From NCBI GenBank assembly GCA_028534125.1, contig CM052818.1, forward strand, positions 48,052,001 to 48,116,000: 64,000 nt of DNA, read 5' to 3'. Shown here in pieces: positions 1 through 13,479 of this stretch. Position 1 is the stretch's first letter; every line of letters begins with the position of its first letter. The stretch comes from Lama glama. Taxonomy: Eukaryota. The notes under the pieces were generated by a model that did not search any database, was not told the origin of the DNA, and worked only from the letters and a program-made list of their open reading frames with translations. A program made the translations under genes and the position numbers.

Positions 1-689
1 TTGCAGAAGATGCACGGAGGAGAGACAAGAAAGTGCATCTTTTGTTTTTGGTGGGGAGGGGTCGTAAAAATTGCAAATTTTGCTGTCTTTGCACAAAACA
101 ACCATGTATAATAGGCACACATCAGTATGTCTCTATCGATTCATTCATTGCTGATTTTTTTTTAATGAAGACTTTTTTTTTTCCAGTTGGATAAAGACTA
201 TTTGCCAACTAAATTTTGTGTTGCTTGGGAGAAATTTAAAAATAAAGCCCTTATTTGTTCACTAATTTATTAAATTTAAACAGGGTCCTACAACTATCCA
301 TCACACAGGAATCTACAGAGCCTAGGAAACATATATTAATGTATCTTATTATAACAAGAAAATTGCAGAAGTCCTATTAGTGATATGTATCATGCAGCTA
401 ACTGTTGTGCCCAGAGGCAGGCGGTGGAAAGTAAGGGGCAATCTCTTTTTTGCATGGTGCTCCTACCAGGCAAACCAGGTAACAGCTTTTATCTTACTGC
501 TTCAGTGGAGCGAGAGGAATATTCCCCAATCAAAACTCAGAGTATCTTCACATATTAGGAATTCATGTCATATTCCCATAAATGTATTTAGGATTCCATT
601 AAAGATGCTCTTTTTAAAATTGCTGGGTTTTGCAAAAGTGCTAGCACCTTACAATATGTTACAATATTATCTCTACTTATATGGTTTTA

Positions 690-850
690 TTAGAACTTCT
701 CATAGTAGAAAAGCTATTATTTCTCTTATTTTATACTTTCAAAAATTGAGACTCAGACACGAAAAAAGAAGAGTTTGTTAAAGGTTACAGGGAAGTTAAA
801 CAGCAGAGATCAAACCAAATCAAACCTAAACCCAGGTTTTCTGCTCTTCC
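690..850 (-). mobile_element. MIR SINE fragment
   Basis: Degenerate antisense MIR core (aaattgagactcaga...aaggttacag...aacccagg). Confidence 0.55.
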
Positions 851-999
851 TGTAAACATGCCAGGACCAATCTTTCTATTTCTCTGGTGAATTCTAGAAT
901 GTGAAAGCTGAAAAATTCACGATTGTGCATTCAGTCGACAAATATTTGTGTCTCTTAACTGTCAGTAAAGGAGACATTTACAAAGTGAAGTTGAGCAGA

Positions 1000-1359
1000 G
1001 AGAAATTTAATTTTCCTCTGGGCATAGAAGCCGGTTAAACCTCCCTGTCCCCTTGTGTCCATGTGAGACTAAGTGATTAGTCTGGGGCTATGGAATGTTA
1101 CCAGCTTCCAGCCCCTTCCTTTTATCCTCCACTCTCTCATCTCCCTTTTTTTCAGCCCCTGTTAGGGAGAGAGCTAGGAGACCCCATGTGTCAGTGGAGC
1201 CACTAAAGGGAAAGGCTCATGCCTGAACCATCACGTGGAAACTGACAAAACTTTCACTTCACTCCTGTGAGTGAGAAATGTGCTTTTATTTTAATGACCC
1301 AATGAATATTGTAGTATATTTGTTACAGCATTTGAGCGTTACATACCCTGACTAATACA
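1000..1359 (+). mobile_element. MLT1-family (ERVL-MaLR) LTR remnant
   Basis: Typical MaLR 3' terminus 'tttgttacagca...ccctgactaataca'; 5' boundary approximate. Confidence 0.65.
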
Positions 1360-1379
1360 AATTCTATTTTTCTGCCAGC

Positions 1380-1730
1380 ACCTAGTGGTTGCTACCATAA
1401 TCTCTCATTTGGAATATTGAAATAACCCCAAAAGGATCTTTTCTCATGCTCTCTTGCTCTACTCCAATCTATTTCCAATTTCATCCAGAAATATTTTTAA
1501 AGCAAAAATATGGTAAGTATAAGCCATTGCTTAACATCTTTTTTTTTAATTTGCATTCTTTTTCATTGACGTATAGTCAGTTTACAATATTGTGTCAATT
1601 TCTGGTGTATAGCATAATGTTTCAGTCATACATCTGCATACATATATTCACTTTCATATTCTGCTTAACACCTTAAATGGCTTTCCAAAGTTCTTAGGAT
1701 AAAACTTCCCTGCAGGATCTGGTTCCTACC
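1380..1730 (+). mobile_element. L2 LINE remnant, interrupted by an L1 tail
   Basis: L2-like motif 'tgcttaacaccttaaatggctttcc...cttaggataaaac' is restored when the 1541-1661 insert is removed. Confidence 0.55.
1541..1661 (-). mobile_element. Short 5'-truncated L1 3' tail with TSD
   Basis: Poly-T, then the antisense of the L1 3' end also seen at 57.87-57.95 kb; 13-bp TSD tgcttaacaYctt at 1528-1540 and 1662-1674. Confidence 0.85.
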
Positions 1731-1850
1731 AATGTCATCTCCCCTTGTTTCCTCCATCTCTCTCTCTCTCTATTTCTTTCACACGATCTGTCTTTTAGTT
1801 CTTCTATCACACTATGACAGAGAGTTATCTCTTACTCCTATCTTCCTACC

Positions 1851-2690
1851 CAGTGGTGTTCTGATTTAATGACCAGTTCTCTTGAAAAAAAAGTATGTGT
1901 GTGTAAATTTATTTTAAGAATTGCAATTTTCAAATAATTAAATATGCAATACTTTTTATTGTAAATTCCATTTTCCTGATTGATTCTCCTGGAAATCATT
2001 CTCTGATACTTGCCAAACTCTTGAATTCATCACCAGCCTATGGCTGCAATCAAATCATAATTTGACAAAATCAGACCATGAATAAATGTTTGATTACTAA
2101 CTGATTTAGCAAAGAAGTTGCTCACAACATTGACAAATGAATGTAGTTTCAACATGAATATTGGTTGATATTTTCATTTAATTAACAAAATAAAAAAGTA
2201 AAAAACAAAAACAAAAAAACCCCCAAAGATGTCTGTTGGAACCCCATGCATATTTGTCAAGAATATGAATGAGATATGAGGGAAGAGTTAAGAGAATGAG
2301 ATAAGAGAGAAGAATTTTCAATTACTGGAAGAAAGTTGCTTCAATTTTGAGGGCTGCCTGCAGTGGAGCAGCTACTGACATGCACATCTTAAGTTTGTTC
2401 AGCCTTATTAAGATTGTTTTCATGATTTTCTTAAATCTAGACAGCTTAATCTCCAATCTATACTATAAATCTAGCCCTCATTTTAAAAGCTTGCCTGTTT
2501 TTTTATTGTGTAAATACTCCTGCCATGGCTGATTTCAACCTGTCAGTGTAACACTACTGAATGCGGAACTGGGAAGATACATGGTACTAGTCCACCGTAC
2601 AAATACAATAGACATAAACAATCTACAGGAAACAGAGACTACTAAAATGCAATTGGGATGTGAGTTTTGAGTATTTATCACTTTCCTAAT
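1851..2690 (+). mobile_element. hAT-Tip100 DNA transposon fossil (Arthur1-like)
   Basis: Starts 'cagtggtgttctg...accagttctc', like the Arthur1 terminus; internal 'gctgatttcaacc...ctgaatgcggaactgggaagat' recalled as Arthur1-like. Confidence 0.55.
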
Positions 2691-2929
2691 TTACTAAAAA
2701 GACCCTGAATTCCTGGGCCCTTGTGGAAAATCCACCAAGAGTCTTTGTGAGCTGAGCTTTTAATGATGAAAATATCTGGTGTTACCACTACAAGGATACA
2801 CACGTATGTTAAAATTTCACATCTATGTGGAGTAATATTTGGGAACAAAGCTCATATTCTTTTAGAGTTTTAATACTTTTCTTTTGTGTTAAAAACTATT
2901 CTAATTGTTGTTCTACCAGAGTGAGCAAT

Positions 2930-3015
2930 TTTGAGTGTGTTGTATGTGTGTGGTGTGGCATATGAGAGTGAGTGGTGTATGTGTGTAAGTGTGTGGTGTG
3001 GAGGCGTGTACACAT
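2930..3015. repeat. Degenerate (GT)-rich low-complexity tract
   Basis: Imperfect gtgt/tgtg repeats. Confidence 0.7.
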
Positions 3016-3352
3016 ACACTTAAGGGCTAGGTCACATGGATTTTGATGGACGATTTTCTATCTAAACTTTAATGATCACTCCCTGTGCACTGCTCCCTGC
3101 TTATATCACTCAATTTAAATCATTTTCTGTAGTCAAGATTTTGAAAGAGATGGCTAGACGGCATTCTTTCAGAAACCAGTAGATCATAAAAGGGTGTCTG
3201 TACATGGTGGTGGCGAGGGTGGTGAGGACAGAGCCCCTGAGTGTGGGGGTGGGATGGACTCAGACCACCCTTAGGTGCAGTTGTAGGGCTATCTGAAGAA
3301 GGCGTCACAAAATCCTGAATATGGGAGCCAGGATCTCTCCGCCCTCTCTTTC

Positions 3353-4297
3353 GAAAGCTAAATAGACATTTCTTCAAAGAAAAAATACAGATGGCCACAG
3401 GCATAGGAAAAGATACTCAGTATCACTAATTATCAGAGAAATTCAAATCAAAATTACCATGAGGTACCACCTCACACCAATCAAAATGGCCATTATCAGA
3501 AAGTCTACAAACATTACATGCTGGAAGGGATGTGGAGAAAGGAGAACCCTTCTATACTGTTGATGGGGATGTAAATTGGTGCAGTTACTATGGAGAACAG
3601 TATGGAAGTTCCTTAAAAAAACTGAAAATTGAGTTACCATATGATCCAGCAATCCCACTCACTCCTGGTCATATATCTGGAAAACACAAAAATTCTAATT
3701 TAATAAAATATATATATCTTAATGTTCACAGCAGCACTATTTATGATAGCTAAGACATGGAAGGAACCTAAATGTTCATGGACAGATAACTGGATAAAGA
3801 AGATGTGATATATATATATGTATACATACATACATACATGTATACACACACACACACAATGGAATACTACTCAGCCATAAAAAATAATAAAAATAATGCC
3901 ATTTGCAACAACATGGATAGACCTGGAGATTGTCATACTGAGTGAAGTAAGTCAGAGAAAGACAAATATCATATGATATCAGTTATATGTAGAATCTGAA
4001 AAATGATACAAATGAACTATTTACAAAACAGAAATAAACTCACAGATGTAGAAAGCACACTTGTGGCTACCACAGCAGAAGGGCAGAGGAGGGATAAATT
4101 GGGAATTTGAGATTAACAAATACACAACTATATATAAAATAGAGAACAAGGACCTACTCTATAGCACAGGGAACTACATTCACTGTCTTGCAATAATCTA
4201 TAATGGAAAATAATCTGAAAAAATAATATGTATACATAACTGAATCACTTTGCTGTATACCCAAAACATCGTAAATAAGTTATATTTCATTAAAAAA
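3353..4297 (+). mobile_element. 5'-truncated L1 (decayed ORF2 C-terminus, 3'UTR, short A tail)
   Basis: Translates to ...[16 protein letters not shown] (L1 ORF2); frameshifted; internal (TA)/(CATA)/(CA) microsatellite at ~3808-3858; cetartiodactyl-type 3'UTR. Confidence 0.92.
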
Positions 4298-4949
4298 GGA
4301 ATTAGAACAGCTATCACAGTGACACATACAAAAAAAATACAGCTTCTAGGCAAAGTATCCCCATGTGCGGCGAGGGAGTAGACCCTCCCTCATCGGAAAG
4401 TGACTGGTGGCCCACGGCGGGGGGAGGAAATGCGAACTTGCACCTCCAAGGAACTCAGCCGCGTCAGCAGTGGGTCAGTCCCCCCCAGCTCCAGGGCTCT
4501 CCCTCTTCTCCTCCCTTGGCTTTATTTTCCCAGCAGTTTAGCTGCACAGTATGCTAAGGACAAAACTGGCTTCATTTGGACAACTCTTGTTTAATACCCC
4601 TTTCAAAATCCTGAGTTCCCAGATGGATTCCTTAAATAAATCAGCGAACGTAATTGTTTAACGGACAACTAAAAGACAAAATAGATCAATAGGAATAAAA
4701 TACAGGAAATGTTTCTCAGTCATGTTTCTGTTCATGAAAATGCCCATCCAAGACAAACAAGCCAAAGGTAACCACTCTACTCTTGCAAGATCAGCTCAAG
4801 AATGGAACTGATGTGTGGAATGGCTTTTGAAGCTGCCTGTGTGGGCCTCTACCCGGCCAGTGGGCTGCTGTGATTTGTAGTCCAGGGATGAGAGTCAGAG
4901 GACTCTCCTTTTGTTTCATACGGCTTTCTTATTTGGTAAAATTTACTGA

Positions 4950-5600
4950 AAGTCGCTCAGAACTGGCGGAAGGTGATGACGAAGCAGGTGTCCCATCACC
5001 AGGAATCGCCCGGAACTATAAACACTCAGCACAACAGCGCACCTTCCCCTCAGCATCTCAGAGTCTCGACAAGCACGGACAAGGGTACCGGTGGCCAGGG
5101 GAGCGGACACTGAGGGGTGAGACCTGGTCCGCGGGCTGCACTGCGCAGAGCAGGAGGATCATTGCCCTGCGACCGCTAATCAGCGGATACTGATGCGAGC
5201 CCTTGCTCTGACTGCAGCCGGGTTAGTGAGTGTCTGCACAGGACAATGGGCTGAGAGGCCATCTTCCCGTCAGGGACCCCCAGGAGGCAGGACTGCTTGT
5301 TCCGGCAGCTGCCTGCGAGGCAGGGGCGGCAGCAGCTGAGTCTTTACTGGATGTGGCCTGGAGCTTTCTGGGCTGGCTGCAGACACAGCCGCACGGCCAA
5401 CAGGGGCAGCACGGTCAGAAGATCTGTTTCTGGGTCCCCCTAAAGATTCAGATCTGTAGGCTGTTGCTCTCCGACGGAAGGCACGTAAAACTGCTCAGGG
5501 GGTTTGTACCTGAGACCTCTGGGTCTTGGTGGGCTGGGTAGTCCCTGGCACAGCGCCCAGGCAGCTCAGGGAAGAGGGGGAAGGACCCGCGCTCCCTGGT
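4950..5600 (+). promoter_or_regulatory. CpG-enriched, repeat-free segment with TATAAA; candidate promoter/first exon
   Basis: About 30 CpGs in ~520 bp by hand count; TATAAA at 5017-5022; ETS-like cggaa motifs upstream; donor-like CGG|GTTAGT and TTA|GTGAGT at ~5219-5231. Confidence 0.35.
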
Positions 5601-5947
5601 GCGGTTAGCCCTAGACCCCCAGACTTCTGCTTGAAGTTAAGCATCATCACTTTAAGGGGGAAACAATGAAAGACAAAGAAAGAAGGAAGGAAGGAAGGCA
5701 GGGAGAGAGCGAGGGAGGCAGAGTGAGAAAGAATAAGAAGAAACAGACAAGAAGGCAACCTCTGTGTACTCGGATCTGGAGGAAAAGTCCAGCAGGCTTG
5801 GACGAATACCATCTGAATATTTAATCATTCACTCTCTAGGAAAAACATCCTGGTGAACCGTCCATTTCCTCTGGCAGAGATGAGATCGGAGCTGTAGGAT
5901 TAGAGAGGACATTTGCATGTTTCTCTATTCTTCTGTCTCGTACACAG

Positions 5948-6041
5948 AAAGCCCATGGTTCCGATTACCAGTAATTCTGACACGTCGGACTCAGAACAGA
6001 GACACAGGCAAAGAAGCAGCCTGTTTTGGATTTCAGCGGAG
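5948..6041 (+). other. Candidate non-coding exon (94 bp)
   Basis: Polypyrimidine tract plus CAG acceptor ending at 5947; GAG|GTAAGA donor at 6039-6047; no recognisable protein. Confidence 0.3.
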
Positions 6042-7934
6042 GTAAGAGTGTGCCGTGCAAAGATCGAAAGAGGCTTGCATTTGTTTTGTCCTATGGTAGG
6101 TCTCAATTTCCCTTGCACCAGACAGTCCTGATTTCCAGTATTTTGTTCCATGAAAGTCCCTTCAGGCTTTCATACGTGTCCGAATTGGAGTGTGATTTCA
6201 GTCCAGCTAATCCCCAACTCACTAGCCTTTTCAGCCCCTGGTCAAAGGTAAGTTTCAAGTAAAATTTTTTAGGTTTGTAGCTGTCTAATCAAAACAAAAA
6301 CAAAAAACAAAAGCAAAAATCAACACCACAACTCAGTTTTTAAAACATTTTCTCATCTTGTAAGAAAAGGGAAAACAGGTCCAAGATAATTAAATGACTT
6401 GGGTTAAATTCCTGTTTCCAACGTTCATTTTTCCCAACTGTGACATGAAAGATACCTGTGTGTCTATCAGTCATTAGTGTTTTCAACTGACAAACTCACT
6501 CACTTTTAACTGCAGGACTCTTGAGTTCATTTGGGTGCTGAACACATTCACTCTCCACCTGGTTCTGCATCATTAGATGGCCAGAATGAAAATAAAGAGT
6601 GCTTTCTGTTATCTCAGCACCCCCTCCTCTGATGACGCCAGTCTTGGGTGACGGTGGGCCCCAGGGCCTCAGGGAACACCTTACAGGTCTTTATTTTCTT
6701 CTGCTGAAAACCAAGTCCTAGCTGGCCTTTTGGTGCCCTAGGTTTATGAGAAATAGCCCTTCCCTTGTCATGTTTTGACACGACTAAAAAAAAAACATTT
6801 TACATCCAATTAGTTCAATTCTATAATATGCGCTTTTATGATCAAATTATTCATCCCCTGAAAAATGGAATATAATTATTTTAACATTTTAGACTTTTCA
6901 TGCGTTGACTCCATTCTGCCTTCCACTCACACCCTCTCCATTCTCTCCTGTCTGAGTATTTGACCCGCAAGGCTGAGCATCCCCAGGTACGTGTGTGAGC
7001 ATTTCTGTGCTCACTGTGAGGGTGAGGCACTAGTATTGATTCCACAGGCCGAATCGGTTAAGTCTTCTTATCATTGCAAAACTCCATGTCGTCCACGTGG
7101 AGGACTCTGGTGGATAAAACACTGGGGACCCAGGAGAAATATGTGGGCCCTTGGCGTCTTTCGCTCTTGGCAGGTAACCTAAGTGAGAAATTGCCTTATT
7201 TCTGTCTATCTCTTTCACATCAAAATGAAGATGATACCAGTGGCCTCTTTTTCTTCATAGGGATTTTGATTTTTGATCAAAGATAAAAAGACCTTCGATT
7301 TTTAAAGCTAAAGTAACCATATAAATTTGTTTTTAATAAAAAAAAATTAGGGTATTTTCTGACAGTGGGGTATGCTGCTTTAAAACAGGAATATTCTGGA
7401 AAATCCTGGTAGGCATAAATTCTAATTTATGACAGAAAAGTGTCATTTATTTTTTTCCTTTTTATATGAAAACATATTCATTATACACAAGTCTGATCAT
7501 TTTTGAAGTTGGTATTCACAACACGGCCATTATTGGATGTTTAAGTATGCATGAATTTAACAGATAACTGGCATTGCTTTATAACTTCTGAATAAGGCTA
7601 TAATTCTAGGGCTGTGATTTTGGGGTCGTTTTCCTTTTATTCCTTCCAATAAAGGAGTCTTTCATGTCTACAGGGAGCTATCATCTTGAGTAATCTGCAG
7701 TTCTGATGCTCTGGGTTTCACTCCAGCAAGAGGCTCATGAAATGAGGTTCAGCCCCACTGAAATAGAATGGAAACAGCTGAATTGTGATCTTTTTAAAAA
7801 AACATGTTCCTTGTTTTCCTTGGGTTTCTTAGCCACATTTGCTTTTGTCATTTCTCATTAATCTTCTGTTTTGTTTTAGACAGAATTGAGGATTTGAGAA
7901 TGGAAACCAAGGGAAGTTGGAATGGATGGAAAAC

Positions 7935-8110
7935 ACGCTTGGGTGTGTGAGTGTGGGTAAGCTTTTTAAACTCTCTGAGCTTCATATTACGATGCGTCAA
8001 ATAGATTTAATAGCATCTACTCCACGTCAATTATTTTCTGAGCTGCAATCATGTAAGTATAGTCCCTCACAGTGCCTGGTGTATTGTGATTGTTCAAATG
8101 GGTATCTTTT
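7935..8110 (+). mobile_element. MIR SINE fragment
   Basis: 'gggtaagctttttaaactctctgagcttca...cacagtgcctgg'. Confidence 0.55.
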
Positions 8111-8979
8111 ATTATGATGATGATTATCTGCACTGTTAGGAACCTTGACAATGGTCTAAACCAAAATGAAGACAGAAGAGAAGAGGCCGTGATAGTCTGG
8201 AGGATAAAGCTACCTGGCTTGAGGAGTCAGGTGTAAACTACTCCCTGCGGTCAGCCAGGTCAGCTTATCTACCTGGGACCACGATGGCTGAGAGGCGATG
8301 ATGGAGAATTCAGGAGGGACCAGTCTCTGCTCTAACCATGAATCTGTTGGCTGCTCTCCATTGCCAAGGGGCTCTGTTCTTCTGAAGGATGTTTGTTTAT
8401 TTATTTTTTATAGCTCAAGTTCCCTTTATTCCAATCCTCATGAATACAGGGCAGTAAGGAGCAGCCAAGTTTTCCAGTCCTAGAAGTCTTTCCTACTCCC
8501 ACTCAGCCTGCACTTAATCTGTCTCTCTTTGTCCCGAGTGTGTAAACAAGATGTGTTTGGCCAAGGCATTCGGCATGATTCTCACTGAAGAAGATAGATC
8601 AGACTATGAGGAGTGACTCTTCCAATCTGTGCATGAGCTCCAACAATAGGAGTCGAGCACCATTCTCTCTGGCATTTATTTGGACTTTGGGGGTAGGACT
8701 GAGCTGAATGTCTGAAACAGCAGGCAGACACGTAGAAAGGGGGTTTATGCAGCATGCCAGTTCCCAAACTCGCTGTGCTGTTTGGCTCAAGAAGCGGCAG
8801 AAAATAACTCTTGGAATATGAGTCAGGTTGTGCAGCACTCTGGGATCAAAACTCAAAGGATTTTTTGGGAGGAGAGAAGTGGTGTTAACACTCCTAAGAC
8901 AAGTGATAACTTTATGTTCCCATGAACCAGAGACTTAAAGGGAAGAATCAAAAGCAGCTCTTTGAAGTTAAAATAATAA

Positions 8980-9500
8980 TTCAGTGGAAGGAATGGAAGA
9001 GAGGAAAATCAGGAAATTTCCCAGAAAGTTGAACTTTTGCTCAAGGGACAGTTTATAACAAAGTTTGTAAAATTAAAGGCTCAGCCCAGAAGGTACAACA
9101 CGCAAGTAATAGCATCTACGGGCAAAGAAATCAAAGGAAAAGGAGAGAAGAAAATCTTCAATGAAACACTAGAAGAACAATTCTGAGAGGAAACAAGGGC
9201 CACGGGTTTTACATTTGAAGGTATCCAGCACAATGGAGGGAAAAAGACCCCTTACTGAGTCACACTATCTATGGCATTTTCAGAGACAATGATCCTAAAA
9301 CCTCTCCGAGAGGAAAAGGAAGTCACTCACAAAGCATTTAGATTCAGAACATTGTAGACTTGAGAACAGCAGCACTGCGATCTGCAGAAAAATGGAATGA
9401 TGCCTTCCCGATTCTGAGTAAAGTTGATTTTAGACTTATATTCATCACCCAGGGAGACCATCAGTGGGTATGAGGATGGAGTGAGATATTTTCATACCTG
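8980..9500 (+). mobile_element. Ancient L1/HAL1 ORF1-region remnant
   Basis: A-rich, with 'aatggaatgatgccttcccgattctgagtaaagttgattttagacttatattc' resembling the end of L1 ORF1. Confidence 0.5.
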
Positions 9501-10189
9501 CAAGGTGTCAACAGTTTGCTAGGACAGGATGTGCTGCACACTGTTATGGCCACCCGTGGACACTCGTGAACCGTCTTCTCAAAAATGTGTTTACCCATCA
9601 CCTGGTCCCAACAGAGCGATCTCAGCATTTCTGTTACTGAAACATCTTTGGTTCCTTTGTGGAATGTGTGGTATTTGCTAATAGCAATTAAACATTGTTC
9701 CCCCAGATGTTTCTGAATGTCTACGAGCAGCATAAAGGCAGACATTGTTTTTAATTATTCTTTACTGCATACCCAGTGTTGGACATACTGTGATGACTCA
9801 GGTACTGTGGAAAGAGAGACACCAGGAAAGAGACAATGAAGAGAAAGAAAACATCAAATGGCTGTACCCCTTGGCACATGTTTCTTCTTCTGATTGAAAC
9901 TTGTAATGAGACAACCATGTGATAAAATCTCACAGGAAAATTCTGTTTAACCTTAATTGGTAAGGGCACCTACCCCCTTAACAACACTCTTTTTCCCCTT
10001 TCATACTTTTGTTTTTGTTACGCAATATATAGCACAGTCCAACCACACAGTCAGCACGCTTGCATATTGACTAGACCCTCAGAATGAAACTCCCTTCACT
10101 GCCACCTGCCATCTCCACCTCATGGGTAGTTTGACATACTGTTACACATTTACGTACACAATATAAACGTGTGCACACATGTTTTATAA

Positions 10190-10830
10190 CATTAATGGGA
10201 CATAGTAAACAGACCTCTTTCTTAATATTTGCTTTAAAATATGAATATGCATTTTTAGGTCAGCACATACACCATTAACTCATCATTTCTAATAACTGTG
10301 TGAGTGTGTTTATTCCATGGAGTTTGCCATGGTTCATTTTACCACTATCTTATTGATGCACATTTATACTACTTACTGCTGTACCAAGTGTGGCAATAAA
10401 TATCCTTATATTTAAAAATTTAACTTTTTGGGAATGTCCTTGCAAAAACAGTTTCCTAGAAATCCAATTACTAGATCAAACAAAAGTCACATTGTTGGTG
10501 GGTATGGACAATCAGTATTTAGTAAAAGTTCTACCAGCTTGTACTCCCATCAAGATTGTGATCCTGCCAGTTTCACACGTTTTTGCAACACTTTAAAAAC
10601 TTTTCCAATATATTGGATTAAAAAATAATACTTAATTATAGTTCTAATTTGTTTTCATTTGACCACTAAATGATGTTAATCTTCTTTTTCTGTATTAATT
10701 GGCCATAAATTTTTTTCTTCATGTATTGCCTGTTCATTTGTTTTGCTCAGTTTCTGTTAGCTTGTGAATATTTTCTTTCATTGATCTGTAGATGCTTTTT
10801 ATATATTCTTGAATATTTTATCCTTTCCTT
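10190..10830 (-). mobile_element. Ancient L1 (L1ME-like) remnant
   Basis: T-rich antisense L1 ORF2/3' motifs ('ttggccata...tattgcctgttcatttg...gatgctttttatatattct'). Confidence 0.6.
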
Positions 10831-13479
10831 TTCTTATATATGGTACACAAAAATTTTAAAAATAATTGAAACAACCACCTATAATAATATAGCCAACGGA
10901 ACACTGACTTTTCCAGGGGACATTAGATGTATGTTTACAAGTATAAATATCTTTCCATTCTTAATTATTTTTCAGTAGTGTCAAGGGCCTTTATTGGTTA
11001 TGATTCATTCTCACTTGAGGACAATGCTATTGGTGATAATGACACAAATGCCGTTCAGCTCTTGTCAAGTGACCTACCTGTGGAAGCAGAACGCCTGACT
11101 AGGGTTCTAACAGGACTGATCCAGTTACATTTAACCACAAGGGGGAGGTGTCTGACCTTAACTCTGAGAGATGAAATTTCATCTCTGGCCCTTAACTGAA
11201 AGACAAATTGAAGACAAAGCATGCCCACGTGGATGCTAGCCTTAGTTAACATTTTATATCTTTCTCTCCCTCGCCTGACTCACAGGCACTGATTTAATGA
11301 AAAAATTTAACAGATCCAAATGACTGCAGGACATTTTTTGAAAGGTAAACAGAATCATTTGTTGCCTCGGTTGGTGTGAGTGTGCCAGTCTGAAGGACAT
11401 CGAAGGTGGATGCGATAGGGTGTGTGTGTGTGTATGTCTGTTTAGTACCTTTTAAGCTGTCATTTAATGCTTATCTTCTTCAAATACCTGGACAAATGCA
11501 AAGAAAACACTCAGCTGAGTCAAAAGTGCAGAATTATTAATCAGCCCTTGCAAACAAATGGGCTGTTTGGCCCCTTTGGTGGGCTGAGTATTCAGCACCG
11601 CTGAAACGAAGAATCGTGGTGATGTGGGTGGGGGCAGGGCATCTGAGTCTTGTCTGGCTGAGTTTATCTCAGCTTCTTGTTTACTCTTCATTACCTTTGA
11701 GCCAAAGACAAAATTGCCTTGGAAGGGCACCATTCTCCTAATTGCTAATACCATCCATTAATCAAAGGCTGGGAAGTCAGGCGTGGGGCCCCCTGGGGAC
11801 CCAGCAGGTCTGGGCCGCCCAGGTTCGTCTCTGATGGCGGCTGACTCTCCTAATATGATCATCAAAAGTGACTTTCCCTGATCTGCCCTAAGCTGCTGAG
11901 ATACTCTGAGCGCCCGGGACAGCTGTGAAGGCAGACGCTGCAGCCCGCTCCGGGGGGCTTGGTGACTCTGTTTAGTGTCTCAGGGGGGGCGTGAAGGCAG
12001 GAAAACGGGAGCCTGAGAGAGGGGAGCGGGGCCAGCTCTCACACTCAGGTCAGGAACGACAAGGTGCCCATACCCCCTTCGGAGCTTCATGAATAGGAAA
12101 CCAGAACATCTAATCCTCCTTTGTTTCCACGCCCAAGCCTGCTGGGAATCCTACCCTAGACTTTAAAGGAATATCAACATTAAATCGTTGGAAACTTGAA
12201 CTAGCTTTATACTCAGCGAACACTTGAAAAAAAAATGTGCTTCTTCTAGGAGGGCTGCAGTTTGGTCCAGTGATGTGTTCCAGAATGGTTCCTCACATGG
12301 ACTGCAGTTGGATTTCCTTTTTCTGAACGTCTAATGCTGGAGGGCACAGCATCTTCACAGACAATGTAGCTGGGAGCGTCAATGGCTCAGAGGAGATCCT
12401 TGATCTGCTTAAGGGATGGAAGCAGATGGTGACCTGGTTATGAGCATTCTAAACTCACCCTGCTTTTTGTGTTTGTTTCCCACAATGCACCTTTGTGGAA
12501 AGTCTGTCCTCCCACCTTTTAATAAAAATACAGCAACTAGCTGCTTTTTGGGGGACAATGACGGATTTGAGAGGGCATCTCACTGCACGCAGAGGCGGGA
12601 GACGCATTAAGCATTTTTAGCAGAATGGACGCTGTGGAGGTCCTGACAGCCGGGTGACGATTTGTTTGTGTTGGACTAAGCAGTAAGTCAGCCGTTAGTC
12701 TTTGAGTAATCGTTCCTGTCAGCTTGTTAAACATTAAAAACAAATGCACTGGAGAAAAGCCATGCCTCTTTTCTGGACGGAGAGTCATTCTGAGGCCAGT
12801 TTTCAGTACGTGTGGTCAGTGGTGGTCCTGGGGCGGGGGAGTGCGTGCTCTCACCTCGGCCGCGTCTGAGGCTGCGCCGGATGGAGATGCTGAACTTCTG
12901 ACCTGGGAGCCAGGTCCCGCCTTCGGCTTGGTCTCTAGGTGGTCATAATTCTGGTCGCTGATGTTACAGCACAGAAACCAGTTTTCTTCCTGAGGGCGGC
13001 ACTAGTTATTCTACTCGTGAGTCTCTAAAGATTGGAGGAAGAGAGAGTCATTTAAGAGCTGGGAACTGTCAGAAAATTACCTTCTCAGAGGGCTGGGGGC
13101 GGGGCAGCTGAGCCCACATGGATGCACAGTCTAGTCAAACTTACCATACTTCTTGCCTTTCATTTTCCTGGTCTTCGCTCCTTCCCCTCTCCATTGTCCT
13201 CTCTTCTTCAGGTCTGTTTTAATTCTCTCTTTCTGCGGTCCTATTTCACCTTTCCTCGTTCCCGCCTCCAAGTCTCCGTTTCCTTCCCACATCTGCTCAT
13301 TGATCGTGCACTCACGTTGACTTTAGTGTACGTCTGGGTGTGGCTCCCATGTTCTGTCAAAGTCTTACAGTAATTTACATCAAAGAGATGTTTTATGAAA
13401 TAACCTGTTCATTCTCATCCAATAATTTCCATGGATTACATGTAAAGCAATCAGAAAAGTTATGGAGACTAAAGGTACA

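Noticed and set aside
380..781. 133-aa ORF
   Set aside because: Non-ATG start, no homology recognised, and it runs into a MIR remnant.
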